Positions 1-10,696 of a stretch of 64,000 nt of DNA are shown piece after piece. Within the stretch, counting starts at the first letter, position 1, and each line of letters opens with the position of its first letter. The position numbers and the translations under genes were made by a program. The notes beneath the pieces were generated by a model that worked only from the letters and a program-made list of their open reading frames with translations, was not told the DNA's origin and made no database searches. Where the stretch lies: contig JAXLQJ010000008.1 of the NCBI GenBank assembly GCA_046331705.1, forward strand, positions 135,836-199,835, in the 5' to 3' direction. The stretch comes from a bacterium (GTDB lineage: Bacteria > JADJOY01).

Positions 1-704
1 CCGAAGAAAGGCAGCAGCTTCGCGACCACCGAAAACGCACGGGCGCACAGGGTCACGCTCCGGCTGCTCCAGCACGTGCCGTTCTCCTTCTCGCGGACCA
101 CCGCCATCGAGGGCAGGATCATGGTCGCGGGCAGGATGGTCGGCATGATCGCCGGCACGTAGAACCAGCGGCTCTTCAGGTCCAGGTTGAACCAGGCGCG
201 CGGCACGAGCTCGAGCTGCGGGATCGGCCGTGTAGCAGGGCCGTGGCGCCGGCATCCGCCGCTGGTGGCTTCGGCACCGCCACGGCGAGGATGCGATTGG
301 CGTAGCCGAGCCCAACCACGGCCTGGAGTTCAGTCGAGGCCTTGTCGGCGAAGTTGCACGCTGGCGCTGCGACCACCACCAGGTCTCCGCCGAAGTCCGG
401 TGCGATCACCAACGCCAGGTCGGCCTTGCGTCGGATCAGCCACGGCTCGACGGTGCTGGTCGTGTCCTCGCTGCCGACCACGTCGAAGTAGCCGGGAGGG
501 CCGTGAACCGATCCACGAGATCGCGGCTCGCGGAAGCTTCGATCCTGATCCACCACCACGATCGGCACGTGCTTCACGTCGGTGTTGGCCGCGTACCCGA
601 ACGCCATCACCTGCATGATGGGCGCCATCAGCATCGCGCGCAGCATCGCGGTATCGCGCCGCAACTGGAGTGGCTTCCTTTCAGACGTGACGAAAGACGC
701 TCAT
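1..704 (-). CDS. ABC-2 type transporter permease (YbhR/YbhS-like), 3' part beyond window start; frameshifted
   Basis: Minus-strand reading gives an N-terminus MSVFRHVWKE...LQLRRDTAMLRAMLMAPIMQVMAFGYAANTDVKHVPIVVVDQDRS, typical of the N-terminal TM1 plus periplasmic loop of ABC-2 permeases. The protein is split across at least two frames. Confidence 0.5.
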
Positions 705-1805
705 CAGGTGGCCTGCAGCTCAGCCGCTTGCTGGCGCAAACACGACGGTGGCGTAGAGCGCCAGGAAGCCGAGCTCCTCCAGGTACGGCCCCAGTCCCGC
801 TCGCCAGGATCACGCCCCGGGCGATCACCAGGGAAGTAGCGCGCCGGCACGGCGTAGGTCACGAGCTGAGCGCGTGCGGCATGGCGGATCGAGAAGATGA
901 AGCCCGACAGGAAGATCCCCTTGGCATCATCGAGGTGAGCGTCGAGATCTGGAACGCCATCGCCTGGTTGTCCACCAGCGTCGAGACCGGAACCCCCAGC
1001 CGAAGGCGCTCGATCAGGTAGAGCAGCGTCGCCGCGTAGAGCGACGCGTACGCCGCGGACCTGGACGTGGAAGAGCACTCGCGCCGCGATCAGGATGAGC
1101 GTGGTCGCGGCGAGCGAGATCACGAGGTAGGGAAGCAGCTTGCCGACGATCAGCTGGCCGCTCGACAGCAGCGTCGCGCAGCTGCTCCAGGGTGCCGCGC
1201 CCTTCTCCGCACCACGGAGAGCGCGGTCGAGATGACCGCCGTCAGCATCAGGATGAAACCGATGAGCCCCGGAACCAGGAACTGCGTGGACTTGAGCTCG
1301 AGGTTGTACCAAACGCGCGGCTCCCACCCGGATCGCCGGCGAGACGTCGCCCGGAACCGTCCATCACGGCGCTCGCCAGCTCCGCGTTGAGAGCCGCCGA
1401 GACGGACGACGCGTAGCCGGGCGTGGTCGCGGTGTTGGCGTTGGCGCCGTCGAGGGCGAGCTGGATGGGCGGCGCGCCCGGCGAGATCGGCGACGAAGCG
1501 CTCCGGGATGACCAGCACCGCTTGGGCATCGCGCCGCTGCATCAGCGCCACGAGATCGGTACCGGCGGGCAGATCCGCGGCGCGATCGAAGTAGCCGGAC
1601 GCGACGAAGGTGTCGACGAGCTCGCGGCTGACGCTCGACTTGTCGTGCGTCCTCGATGGCCAGCGTCGCGTGCATCACGTCGAAGTTGAGCGCGTAGCCG
1701 TGACAAGAGCATGAACGTGGGCAGGCCGAGGAGCATCGCGAGGGTGAGCGGATCGCGCCGCGCCTGCCGGAACTCCTTGTGCGCCACGGCCCAGATCTTC
1801 CTCAC
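700..1805 (-). CDS. ABC-2 type transporter permease; frameshifted
   Basis: Fragments read MRKIWAVAHKEFRQARRDPLTLAMLLGLP (N-terminus, GTG start near 1805), VWYNLELKSTQFLVPGLIGFILMLTAVISTALSVVRR, and QLIVGKLLPYLVISLAATTLILIAARVLF...PARYFP. The conserved permease segments lie in different frames. Confidence 0.55.
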
Positions 1806-2790
1806 GGTGCCGCCCGCTCGCCGCCCCTTGCTCGCGTTCGGCGCGTTCCGAGTGGATGAACACGTCCTCGAGCGACGGCACGATGCGCTCGACCTGCGCC
1901 GACACGTTGCCGTCCGCTTCCAGCGCGCGCCGCACGTCAGCGAGGCCGCGCTCGGCGTCCTCGACCACCACGTGCAGCCGGGTACTGAAGGCGGAATGCC
2001 GAGGACGCCGGGCGTCCTCGAGCGATGCCTGCGCATCAGCGCGGTGGCACGGAGCAGCTCGCTTCCAGCACGGCGCGCCCACGAACACGCTTCCAGCTCG
2101 GCGACGCTGCCCAGCGCCACCAAGCGCCCGCGTGCATAGTACCGCGATCTGCCGGCGCTCCGCCTCGTCCAGGTAGTGGGTGGTCACGATCACCGTAGGC
2201 GCCGTCGGCAGCAGGCGAATCGATGGTGCTCCAGAATCGCCGCCGCGAGATCGGATCCCGCCCGTGGGCTCGTCGAGGCTACCTGCAGGCTCGATGGAAC
2301 AGCGAGCACGCGAGCGCCAGCCGTTGCTTCCAACCCCCGGGCAGCGAGAGCCCGTGACCAGGTCTTCCTTGCCGTTGCGAGTGTCGCCATCTCGATCGCC
2401 CAGTGCATGCGCGCGGCGAGGCGGCGATCGTCAGGCCGTAGATTCCACCGTAGAACGAGAGGTTCTCGCGAACCGTCAGGTCTTCGTAGAGGCTGAATCG
2501 CTGGGTCATGTAGCCGATCCGCCGCTTCACCTCCTCGGGATCCACCCACGTCGATGCCGAGCACGCGCGCTACGTGCCGCTGCTGGGACAGCCCACACAG
2601 CATGCGGATGGCCGTTGTCGATTTGCCGGCGCCGTTCGAGCCGAGCAACCCGAACACCTCGCCGGCGTGGACCTTCGAGATCGAGGCCTTCGACCGCCAC
2701 GAACGGACCGAATCGCTTGGCGAGCGCGCGCGTGATCACCGGCGGCGGCGCCCCCGCGACGACCTCGCGACCGCTGCGCGGATCGCTCAC
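1800..2790 (-). CDS. ABC transporter ATP-binding protein (second ATPase of the efflux locus); at least 3 frameshifts
   Basis: Walker A GLLGSNGAGKST is present. Q-loop and signature region reads MTQRFSLYEDLTVRENL...LPGGWKQRLALACSL. The H-loop (TTHYLDEAE) and C-terminal PSLEDVFI motif are found in separate ORF fragments. Confidence 0.6.
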
Positions 2791-4170
2791 GGCCCCTTCC
2801 GCCCTGCACCGAGCATGCGGTCGAAGGTCGCCCGCGCCAGGTGCGCCGCGGCCACTGCGCGGTGCGATCGAGGCCGGCGCGCATCAGCGCCAGCTCCTCG
2901 GCGTCGAGCCGTCTGACGACGGCGCGACACCCTCGCGATAGCGATCGGCGGAGACCCGTTTCGTTCTCGCTCGCCGACGCGAGCGCGCGCTCGGCGACCT
3001 GGACCGCGCTGAGCGCCGTTTCCTCGAGGTCCGTCAGGCGCGCGGTCACGTCTTGCCGGATCCGCGCTTCGAGGTCTTCGAGCTGACCGCGCGGCGGCGT
3101 CCGCCTGTGCCTGCGCTCGTGCCACGCTCGCGCGGGTGCGCCCGGGAAATCGAACACCGAGAGCGACACGTTCACCCCGACGTCCCAGCTCGAATCCCAC
3201 GAGTCCCGCTGCGGCAGGATGCGTGCGATTGGGCCGCGCCTCGTCGTAGCCGGCGGCGAACGAAGCCCGCGGCCAGTTCTTCCGCTCGCACGCGGGCGCG
3301 CGGCCCCTCCACGCGACGCACCAGCGCCGTGCTTCGGCGAGGCGTACGCCTGCTCGACGAGTGCCTCGACCTCGGTCGCGACCGGGCTCGGCAACGCGGG
3401 CGGAACTCGGTGGGCCGACGCGCGTCGTGGGTGCCGCGCCGATGAGGCGTGTGAGATCCGCGTTGGCGACGCGGCTGTGGTTCTGCGCGTCCAGGCGCGC
3501 GAGCGTCGCGCGCGGTCGCGCTCCACCTCGACCGCGAGCACGTCTGCGGCCATGCCCACCTGCTGTGCCGCCTCCGCGTCCGTCCGTCAGGTGGCGCTCG
3601 AACGCGGCGAGCGCGCGGTCCAGCACCGCGGTGCTCTCGCGCGCCGTGACCAGCGACCAGAAGGCCGCGGTGGTCTCGAGCGTCGCGCCGCCGCGCGCCC
3701 GGTCTGGACGTCCTCCGCCGTGGTGGCGCTCTCGCCGCGCGCGGCTTCTTCCGCGGCACTCAGGCGTCCGCCCGTGTAGAGCGGCAGACCCACCGAGGGC
3801 TCGCGCGCGGTAGTTGTCCTGGATGTTCGGGAAGATCGTCTTCGGCGCGGCGCGCCGGGCAGCGCGAAAGCGAGCTCCGGGACGCTCGACTGGTGCGTAA
3901 CCCGCCGTCAGATCGACCTCCGGCCAGTGCGCGGCCTGGGCCTGCGCGAGACCGGCTTCCGCGGCGCCGTGCAACGCCGCCAGCGCTCCCAAGCGCGCCG
4001 AGCTGCCTGCGCTCGCGTCAGCGCCCCTCCGCCAGCGTGAGCTCGAGCGCCGGCGCGGCGGACGAATTGCCCGACGCCAGGCCGGCCGGCGGCGACGCCG
4101 ACCGGCGGCGAGCGCCGTCGCCGCGAACCACCCGACCGAGAGACTCGCGATCCAACCGCGTCGGCTCATG
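2790..4170 (-). CDS. TolC-like outer membrane efflux protein (OEP family); frameshifted
   Basis: Signal-like N-terminus MSRRGWIASLSVGWFAATALAAG at ~4170. Fragments GLPLYTGGRLSAAEEAA and WDVGVNVSLSVFDF...LEDLEARIRQDVTARLTDLEEALSAVQVAERALASASENE are typical of OEP repeat helices. Confidence 0.5.
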
Positions 4171-5159
4171 CTCGTTCCTCGGCGCGCTGCCGCCGGCGGC
4201 GCGCTCGACTCGGCGTTGCGCACGCGCGATGAAGATGTCTTCCAGCGACGGCGCCACCGCGCGCAGCGCCAGCACCTCCAGCCCCTCGGCCGCCAGCGCG
4301 ACGCGGAACTGCTCGGCGAGCGCCTCCGTGGCCCCACCGTGGATCTGAACGTGCAGCCGCTCGCCGAAGGTCTCGAGGTCGCCCACCCTCGGCCGCGCTC
4401 GCAGCCAGTCCTGTGCGGCCCGCTTGGGCCGAGCCAGCACCTCGAGGAGCGCCCCGTGTTCGGCACGCGCCACGTCACGCAGGCGTCGGGCTCGCGATCG
4501 TGAGCACGCGCCCGCTGCTCATGAGTGCCACGGCTGACAGCGCCTGGCCCCGTCGAGATAGGGAGTGGTGAGCAGCAACGTGAGCCCCTCGCGCTGCAAC
4601 CGGAAGAGAATGCGCCAGAAGTCGCGGCGCGACACCGGGTCCACGCCGGTGGTGGGCTCGTCGAGGATCAAGAGCTCGGGGCTGTGGATCAGGGTGCAGG
4701 CGAGCGCGAGCTTGTTTCCATGCCGCCCGAGAGGCGGTCGGCGAGACGGGTGCGGAAGCGCGCCATCTTGAGCAGCTCGAGCAGCTCGTCGTGGCGCGGC
4801 TTCCAGCGTCGAACGTCGTGGACCTCGGCGAAGAACAGCGACGCCCTCGTCGACGGTGAGATCGCCGTAGAGCGAGAAGCGCGCGGCCAGATACAGCCCA
4901 CGCGCCCAGCGAGCGCCCGGCCTTCCTGGATCGGGTGTAGTCCGCACGCGCGCACTCCGCCGGCGTCGGGCACGAGCAGCCCGAGGATGGTGCGCAGCGT
5001 GGTGCTCTTGCCCGCGCCATCGGGGCCGATGAGGCCGAACATCTCGCCCTTGGCGACGGTGAAGCTCGCGCCGTCGACGGCGGTCACCGTGCCGAAGTGA
5101 CGCACGAGGTCACGGACCTCGACGAGCGCCGGCGCCGTGGGCTCGTTCGACTCGTTCAT
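4170..5159 (-). CDS. ABC transporter ATP-binding protein (first ATPase); frameshifted
   Basis: Start reads MNESNEPTAPALVEVRDLVRHFG. Walker A is GLIGPDGAGKSTT. Signature and Walker B read LSGGM...LALACTLIHSPELLILDEPTTGVDPVSRRDFW. C-terminus reads APSLEDIFI. The ATG at 5159 overlaps the MFP gene's end. Confidence 0.6.
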
Positions 5160-5249
5160 GTCCGACGATGGAGCGGATCGGCGCTGGCGCGGATCCCGCC
5201 GCAGCTCAGCTCGCGCGCCCCGGGCGCGTGAGCAGCGCCTCGGCGGGCA

Positions 5250-6160
5250 TCCCCGGCTTGAAGAGGCCGTCGTCGTTGGCGAGGGTGATCTTGACCTTGA
5301 GAACACCAGCTTCACGCGCTCGTCGCGGGTCTGGACGTTCTTGGGCGTGAACTCGGCCTGTGACGCCACGAAGGTGACGCGGCCGCGACGCTCCGCGCCG
5401 CCGTCGGTGCGCACCAGCGACTCCTGGCCCACCTGGATCCAGTCGAGGTCCGGCTCGGGGACGTAGACCGAGAGCCACGCGTTGCGCACGTCGGTGAGCA
5501 CGGCGATCGGCGCGCCTGGCGACCTGCTCGCCGGCCTCGGCGGTTCTCCGGTGACGAGGCCCGCGAGCGGGCTCGTCACCACGGTGTCGGCGAGCTGCTG
5601 CTCGAGTTGCGCCACGCGCGCCTCGGCACCGGCGAGCGCGCGCGCACCATCGAGCCCCTGGCTACGGGCGCCGGCCCGGAGCCGGCGCAGCCGCTCGCGT
5701 GCCGAATCGACTCGTCCGGCGGCCACGTCCCTGCGCGCCAGCGTCGTCGCGGGCCTTGCTGGTGGCGGAGCCGCGCGCCAGCAGCTCGCGGGCCCGGGCC
5801 AGGTCCTTCTCGGCGGAAGTCAGATCGGCCTGTGCGGTCGCCATGCCGGCGCGCGCCTCCGCGATCTCCTCGACGCGCGCGCTCCCGCGAGGAGCAGCCG
5901 ATGCTGCGCGTCCGCCTGGTCGCGCTCGGCCCGCGCCACCCGCAATCGCCAGCTCGACGTCCACGGGATCGGCGCGCGATTCCGCGCCTCGCGTCGACCA
6001 CGTCGCCCTCGTGCACCCGCACCACCGCGAGGCGACCCGCCACCTTGTTCGACACCCGCACCTCGGTCGCCTCGACGTGCCTGCTCGCGCGCAGCTCGCC
6101 CTCGGCGGCCTTGCCGGTGCAACCGCCGACCAGCGCCGCGAGCAGCAATGCACCGCCCAT
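5250..6160 (-). CDS. HlyD-family membrane fusion protein (lipoprotein), efflux adaptor; frameshifted
   Basis: Lipobox N-terminus MGGALLLAALVGGCTG. Coiled-coil segment ...AQADLTSAEKDLARARELLARGS. C-terminal beta-barrel motifs VTFVASQAEFTPKNVQTRDERVKLVF then KVKITLANDDGLFKPGMPAEALL in a different frame. Confidence 0.55.
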
Positions 6161-6199
6161 CGCCTCGTCCTCGCCTCATGGTCGCCTTCCCGTCCGCCG

Positions 6200-6846
6200 C
6201 GTGGTGCCGCGCGGCTGCTTCCGGGATCGATTCTCGATCCTCGATCAGCAATCCCTCGAGATGCCGCGCGAACTCCGCCACCGACGGCGCCTTGGCGCGC
6301 GGCACCTGACCACTCGCGACCACCCGCGCGCGAAAGCGCGTGGTCGCCGCGAAGAAGTTGAGCGCGCCCACCATCGCGAGGTGCGTGAGGTCGGGTCGAC
6401 GGCGCGAAACTCCCACACGCACCCTCCTCCACGATCCTGGTGCACGGTCGCCAGCAGCTCGTGCAGGTATCCGATCCCGTGGCGCCGAGCCGCTCGCCGC
6501 CGTCGATCAGCTCGCGCACGATCATGGTCGGCAAGAGCGGCCGCGACGCGACCACCTCACCGAAGATGCGAATCCACCCGCGCAGGCGATCCGCCGTTGG
6601 CCAGGCGCCGCGCGCAGCACGTTGGTGCGCTCGCGCAGCAAGGGCGAAGCTCTCGTCGAGGATGGCGGCATAGAGCCGCCCGCCGCCGAAGTGGTAGCTC
6701 ACCATCGCCTTGCTGGACGCGCGCCGCGGCCATCCTTCCTCGACGGTGTGGCGCCGTCGAAACCATGCCCCGCGAAGAGCCGCGCCCCGCGTCGAGGAGG
6801 GCCTGGCGCGCGTCGCTTCGGAGCCGCGGGGACGAGGTGCCTTCAT
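6200..6846 (-). CDS. TetR/AcrR-family transcriptional regulator (efflux operon regulator); frameshifted
   Basis: HTH segment ...SKAMVSYHFGG(K)RGLYAAILDESFAL...; further C-terminal TetR-like helices follow. It is the first gene of the minus-strand efflux operon, arranged like ybiH-ybhGFSR. Confidence 0.5.
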
Positions 6847-6865
6847 CGCAAGGACCAAACGAGCG

Positions 6866-6888
6866 GTTCAACTAACCGGTTGTTTAAC
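6866..6888. promoter_or_regulatory. Imperfect palindrome GTTCAACTAACCGGTTGTTTAAC centred on AACCGGTT; candidate TetR operator
   Basis: Seen directly ~20 bp upstream of the TetR start, in the 187-bp divergent intergenic region between tetR (-) and the DUF2804 gene (+). Arms match in 7 of 9 positions. Confidence 0.3.
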
Positions 6889-7032
6889 CCTCGTTCCAGG
6901 GTCTGCGTCAAGCGCCGACTCACGCGATCGGCGCGCGGGCGCGCTGCGGGGCACCTCGCGTGTCGCCGGCATCCCGCAGGGGTCCGCGCGGGCCATTGCA
7001 GCGAGGCGACGAAACGCCCACCCTTGCCGGCC

Positions 7033-8062
7033 ATGATCACCACCCACGAGCCCGAGCTCACCGGCCCCGTCGACCTCTGCACCACCGCAGATGCACGCTC
7101 GCGCCCCGGCGCGCGGGTGGTCGCGCAAACCCTGCACCGGTGCAACCTCCGCGATCAGGGGGCGGCGCAAGCGCTGGGACTACTGGGCCGTCACCAATCG
7201 CGACGGCGACGCTCGATCACCTACGCGACCTCGACTACCTGGGCCTCGTGACCGTCGCATTCCTCGACCTCGGCGCGCGCCGCTGGATCGAGCACGGCCT
7301 CGCGATCCTGCTGGCGCTCGGCTTTCGCCAACCCGATACCGTCGCCGGCGGCGACATCCACGTCGCGCCCTCGCTCTTCCTGGCGATTCGCGAGCAGCCC
7401 GAAGGCACTCCGGCTCGAGGCGCGCTTTCGCAACCTACGCGGGCATCGCCTGGAAGCCGACGTGCTGGTCGCCCATCCGCCTGGCCACGAGACGCTGAGC
7501 GTGGTGATTCCGTGGAGCGCCGGAGCGCTTCCAGTTCACGTCCGCGACAACACCCGGCCGGCGCGCGGCACCGTAGCGACCTCGACGGCGTCGCTCACGA
7601 GTTCGGCGAGGCGAACGAGGGCTACGGTTGCCTCGACTACGGCCGCGGGCTCTGGCCGTACCGCACCACCTGGAACCCGGCCTCGGCCTCGGGGCACGCG
7701 GACGGGCGGGTGGTCGGGCTGCAATTCGGCGGCAAATGGACTGATGGCACCGGCTTCACCGAGAACGCGCTGGCGATCGACGGGCGCCTCACCAAGATCG
7801 GCGAGGAGCTGGCGTCGAGTACGACACGCGCGACTACACCCGTCCCTGGACGATCCGGTGCGAGACGCCTTCGGGGTTCGTCGATCTCTGCTTCACCCCG
7901 GCGTTCGAGAAGCGCCTCGACGTCCAGCTCGGCTTCGGCGCCGCCCATGCGCACATCTGCTTCGGGCACTTCTTCGGTAGCGCGTGCGCACCGAGCGCGA
8001 CGAGACCATCCGAATCGAGCGGCTCTTCGAAGCGGGCCGAAGAGATGCGCGCCCGCTGGTGA
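7033..8062 (+). CDS. DUF2804 domain protein; frameshifted
   Basis: Fragments read MITTHEPELTGPVDLC, KRWDYWAVTNRDGDA, LDHLRDLDYLGLVTVAFLDLGARRWIEHG and GYGCLDYGRGLWPYRTTWNPASASGHADGRVVGLQFGGKWTDGTGFTENALAIDGRLTKIGEEL. C-terminal part reads EYDTRDYTRPWTIRCETPSGFVDLCFTP. These are spread over 3 frames. Confidence 0.45.
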
Positions 8063-8111
8063 GCGCGCTCGCCGACGACCGCGGAACCGAGGACCTGGCG
8101 CCGGCGCGCGC

Positions 8112-9616
8112 TCAGCGGCGTGCGCGGCCTCGGGCGGCGGGTTGTCGCAGCTCGACGATCTCCCGCGGGCCGTGGGTGAGATCGGTGTCCTGGGTGAGAC
8201 CGGCGAAGTTCAGGTTCGCCCAATCGTCCCAATCCTTGAGCACGCGTTCATCACGCCCAAGCACGTGATGAATTGCGTGGTATCGCCGGAGTTGAGATCG
8301 AGGGCCACGCCCGACTCGATGGTGGCGTTGCCGTTCCAGTCCCACGCGGGCGCGCCACAGGTGCCGCGGTTCTCGTCGAGGTCGTTCTCGTCGAGGTCGA
8401 TTCGATCGCCGATCGAGTAGCTCAGGAGTCCGTTGCCCGGCGGCGTGCAGTTCGTGTCGATGCCATCGAACTGGTAGAGGTAGTTCATCACCGAGTTGTA
8501 GTTGGGCTTGTAGTTGCAGTCCCAGCCGCCGTGGTGAGGCCCAGGTTGGGGACCGAGCTCGTGCATGATGGTGTTCGCCACGTTGGACGTGCTGCCGTAG
8601 CAGTAGAGCGAACGATGAGGTCGTTGCCCGGCAGCTCGGCCTGACTGAGCTGCCGCTCGAGGTGCCGTAGCGATGCGGCATCAGCACGTAGTAATAGTCC
8701 TGGCGATTGGCCGCGAAGTTGGCGGCCTTGATCGCCTGGAAGGTCGGCGCGTTGACGCCGCCGTCGATGACGCCATCGGCGTCGGCGACGAAATTCGCCG
8801 CTCAGCAGGCCGCCCTGCTCCGGGCGTCCTGGATCAGCGTGATGCCGGTGGTTCCGTCGGGATTCGAGACCGGGCTCGCCGCGAACGCCTGCGCCACGCG
8901 GTCGGCGATCGCCTCGCGTGGGACGGCGGCCGGGACCGCAGACGGCGGGCTCCGCGTTGTCGTCGAACCAGTCGTATTCGAGGAGGATGCCTTGCGCACC
9001 GGGCTCACGCCGAGCCCCGGCAGGTCGAGGATCGCCTCGCGGTGCCGAGCACCTCGTCCTTGTCCAGGAGGCCGCCGTCGGTGTCCGCGTCGAAGGGATC
9101 CGTGCCGGTATCGGTCGGGCTCACGTAGATGCCCGTGTTGGTCTCGGCGCAATCGTTCAGCCGGTCGCCGTCGGTGTCCGTGTCGCACGCCGTGACTCGG
9201 CCGACCACGACGGCGCTCGGGTTGAGCTTGGGATCACCAAGCGGATGGAGGTCACCAGCCCCGCGCTGTTCGTCACCGAGGTGCCCGAGACGTTGATCGT
9301 GGCGGGCGCACCTGGCGAGGTGACCCCGGCGGGCTCGTGACGAGGGTGCAGCCGGTGGCGCCAGCTGCTGAAGGTCGTGTTCACCAGCGCGGCGCAACCG
9401 CTCACGTGCGCTTCGCAGGCCGGCGATGCGATCGAGATGCCGTAGTGGTCGATGGTGAGGTTGGGCTCGGTGCCGCTCAGCGTGGAGGTCGGTCATCACC
9501 GGCGAGCTGCCGGCAGCGGTGTAGCGATACGAGCCGGCCCATCCGAGCGTTCCACAGGCGAGGCCCGCTGCGAGCACGAGCAACCACCAGCGCGACGAAC
9601 GGCGGGGACGATTCAC
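8112..9616 (-). CDS. Secreted zinc metalloprotease with thrombospondin-type-3-like Ca-binding repeats; frameshifted
   Basis: Signal peptide (V)NRPRRSSRWWLLVLAAGLACG. Asp-rich repeats DTDGDRLNDCAETNTG...DTGTDPFDADTDGG. Metzincin-like core ANTIMHELG..HHGG...YKPNYNSVMNY plus DWDDWANLNF. Confidence 0.5.
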
Positions 9617-9812
9617 GACCGAGAACGCGAGACGCACGGGATGAGCCTCCGGGAAGGAGCGGGTCTGTCTCTCCAGGCTCTCATACCGGGCGAGGCTGAT
9701 CAAAGCACCCGCCTGCACGGCTCCGCGCGTGAACAACCTTTTCGGCCGCCCGGCGCGCTACCGCATGCGACCGTTCGACGAATCGCGAGCCCCCGCTCGA
9801 GGAGGATCCTCC

Positions 9813-10540
9813 ATGACGGCACCGCGCGGACCCCGCCCTGTCGACGTCCGGTCGCTGCTCGCGCGCGGCGCGCCGATCCGCGTTGGTTCCAGATCGCGGT
9901 GCTCGCGTCCCTGGTGACGTATGGGCTGACGGTGCTGCGCTTCGACCTGCCGCCCGCCCAGGTGGCGATCACCGTCGGCGCGGCGCTCGCCTCCCAGGTC
10001 GTGCTCAGCAGCGCCGTGCGGGTGCCCCGCCTCGAGCTCAAGAGCGCCTTGATCTCGAGCCTGTCGCTTTGCCTGCTGCTGCGACCCGCGCCCGCGCTCG
10101 CGGGGAGGAACCAGCACGTCGCTGATCGCCAGCAAAGCTCCGCGATTCGCATGGGCGACAAGCACGTCTTCAACTCCCACCAACCTGGCGCTCGCCGTGA
10201 TGCTGGCAGCGAGCGACCGGGTGTGGATCTCGTCGGGGCAATGGGGAACACGGCGATCTTCGCCGCCGCGCTGGCGCTCGCCGGCCTGCTGGTGGTGCAG
10301 CGATCGGCGCGCTCGGACGTGACCGTGGCATTCCTCGCGACCTACGTGGCGCTGGTGTTCGGGCGCTCCGCGTGGCTCGGAGAGCCGATGGCGATCCCGC
10401 TTCATCGCCTGGAGAGCGGGGCGCTGGTGCTGTTCGCGTTCTTCATGATCTCCGACCTGCGCACCACCCTGACGCGCGGCTGCTGATCGGCTTCGCGGCG
10501 CTGGTGCCGCCGGCGCCTGGTACGTGCAGTTTCGGCTGTT
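9813..10540 (+). CDS. Integral membrane protein with RnfD/NqrB-like C-terminal motif; frameshifted
   Basis: Several TM helices (FQIAVLASLVTYGLTVL, AIFAAALALAGLLVV, VAFLATYVALVFG). Motif GALVLFAFFMISDLRTT resembles the FFM(A/I)TDP(V/K)T motif of RnfD/NqrB. Confidence 0.35.
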
Positions 10541-10696
10541 CTGAACCAACGGACTGGTGCGTGGTCGTTGGTCGTGCTTCGTTCCACCTCACCCCGCTCG
10601 TGGACGGCTGCCCTGGGGGCCGCGCTACCAGTGGGATCGTCCCGTCACACGAGTCTCGGCACCGGCACTCGCCGCCGCGTGAAAGGAAGAACGACC

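Noticed and set aside
2787-4478. 563-aa minus-strand ORF covering the TolC-like gene region
   Set aside because: Most of it is Arg-rich low-complexity translation in the wrong frame. Only short segments coincide with real OEP motifs, which are better explained by a frameshifted TolC-like gene.
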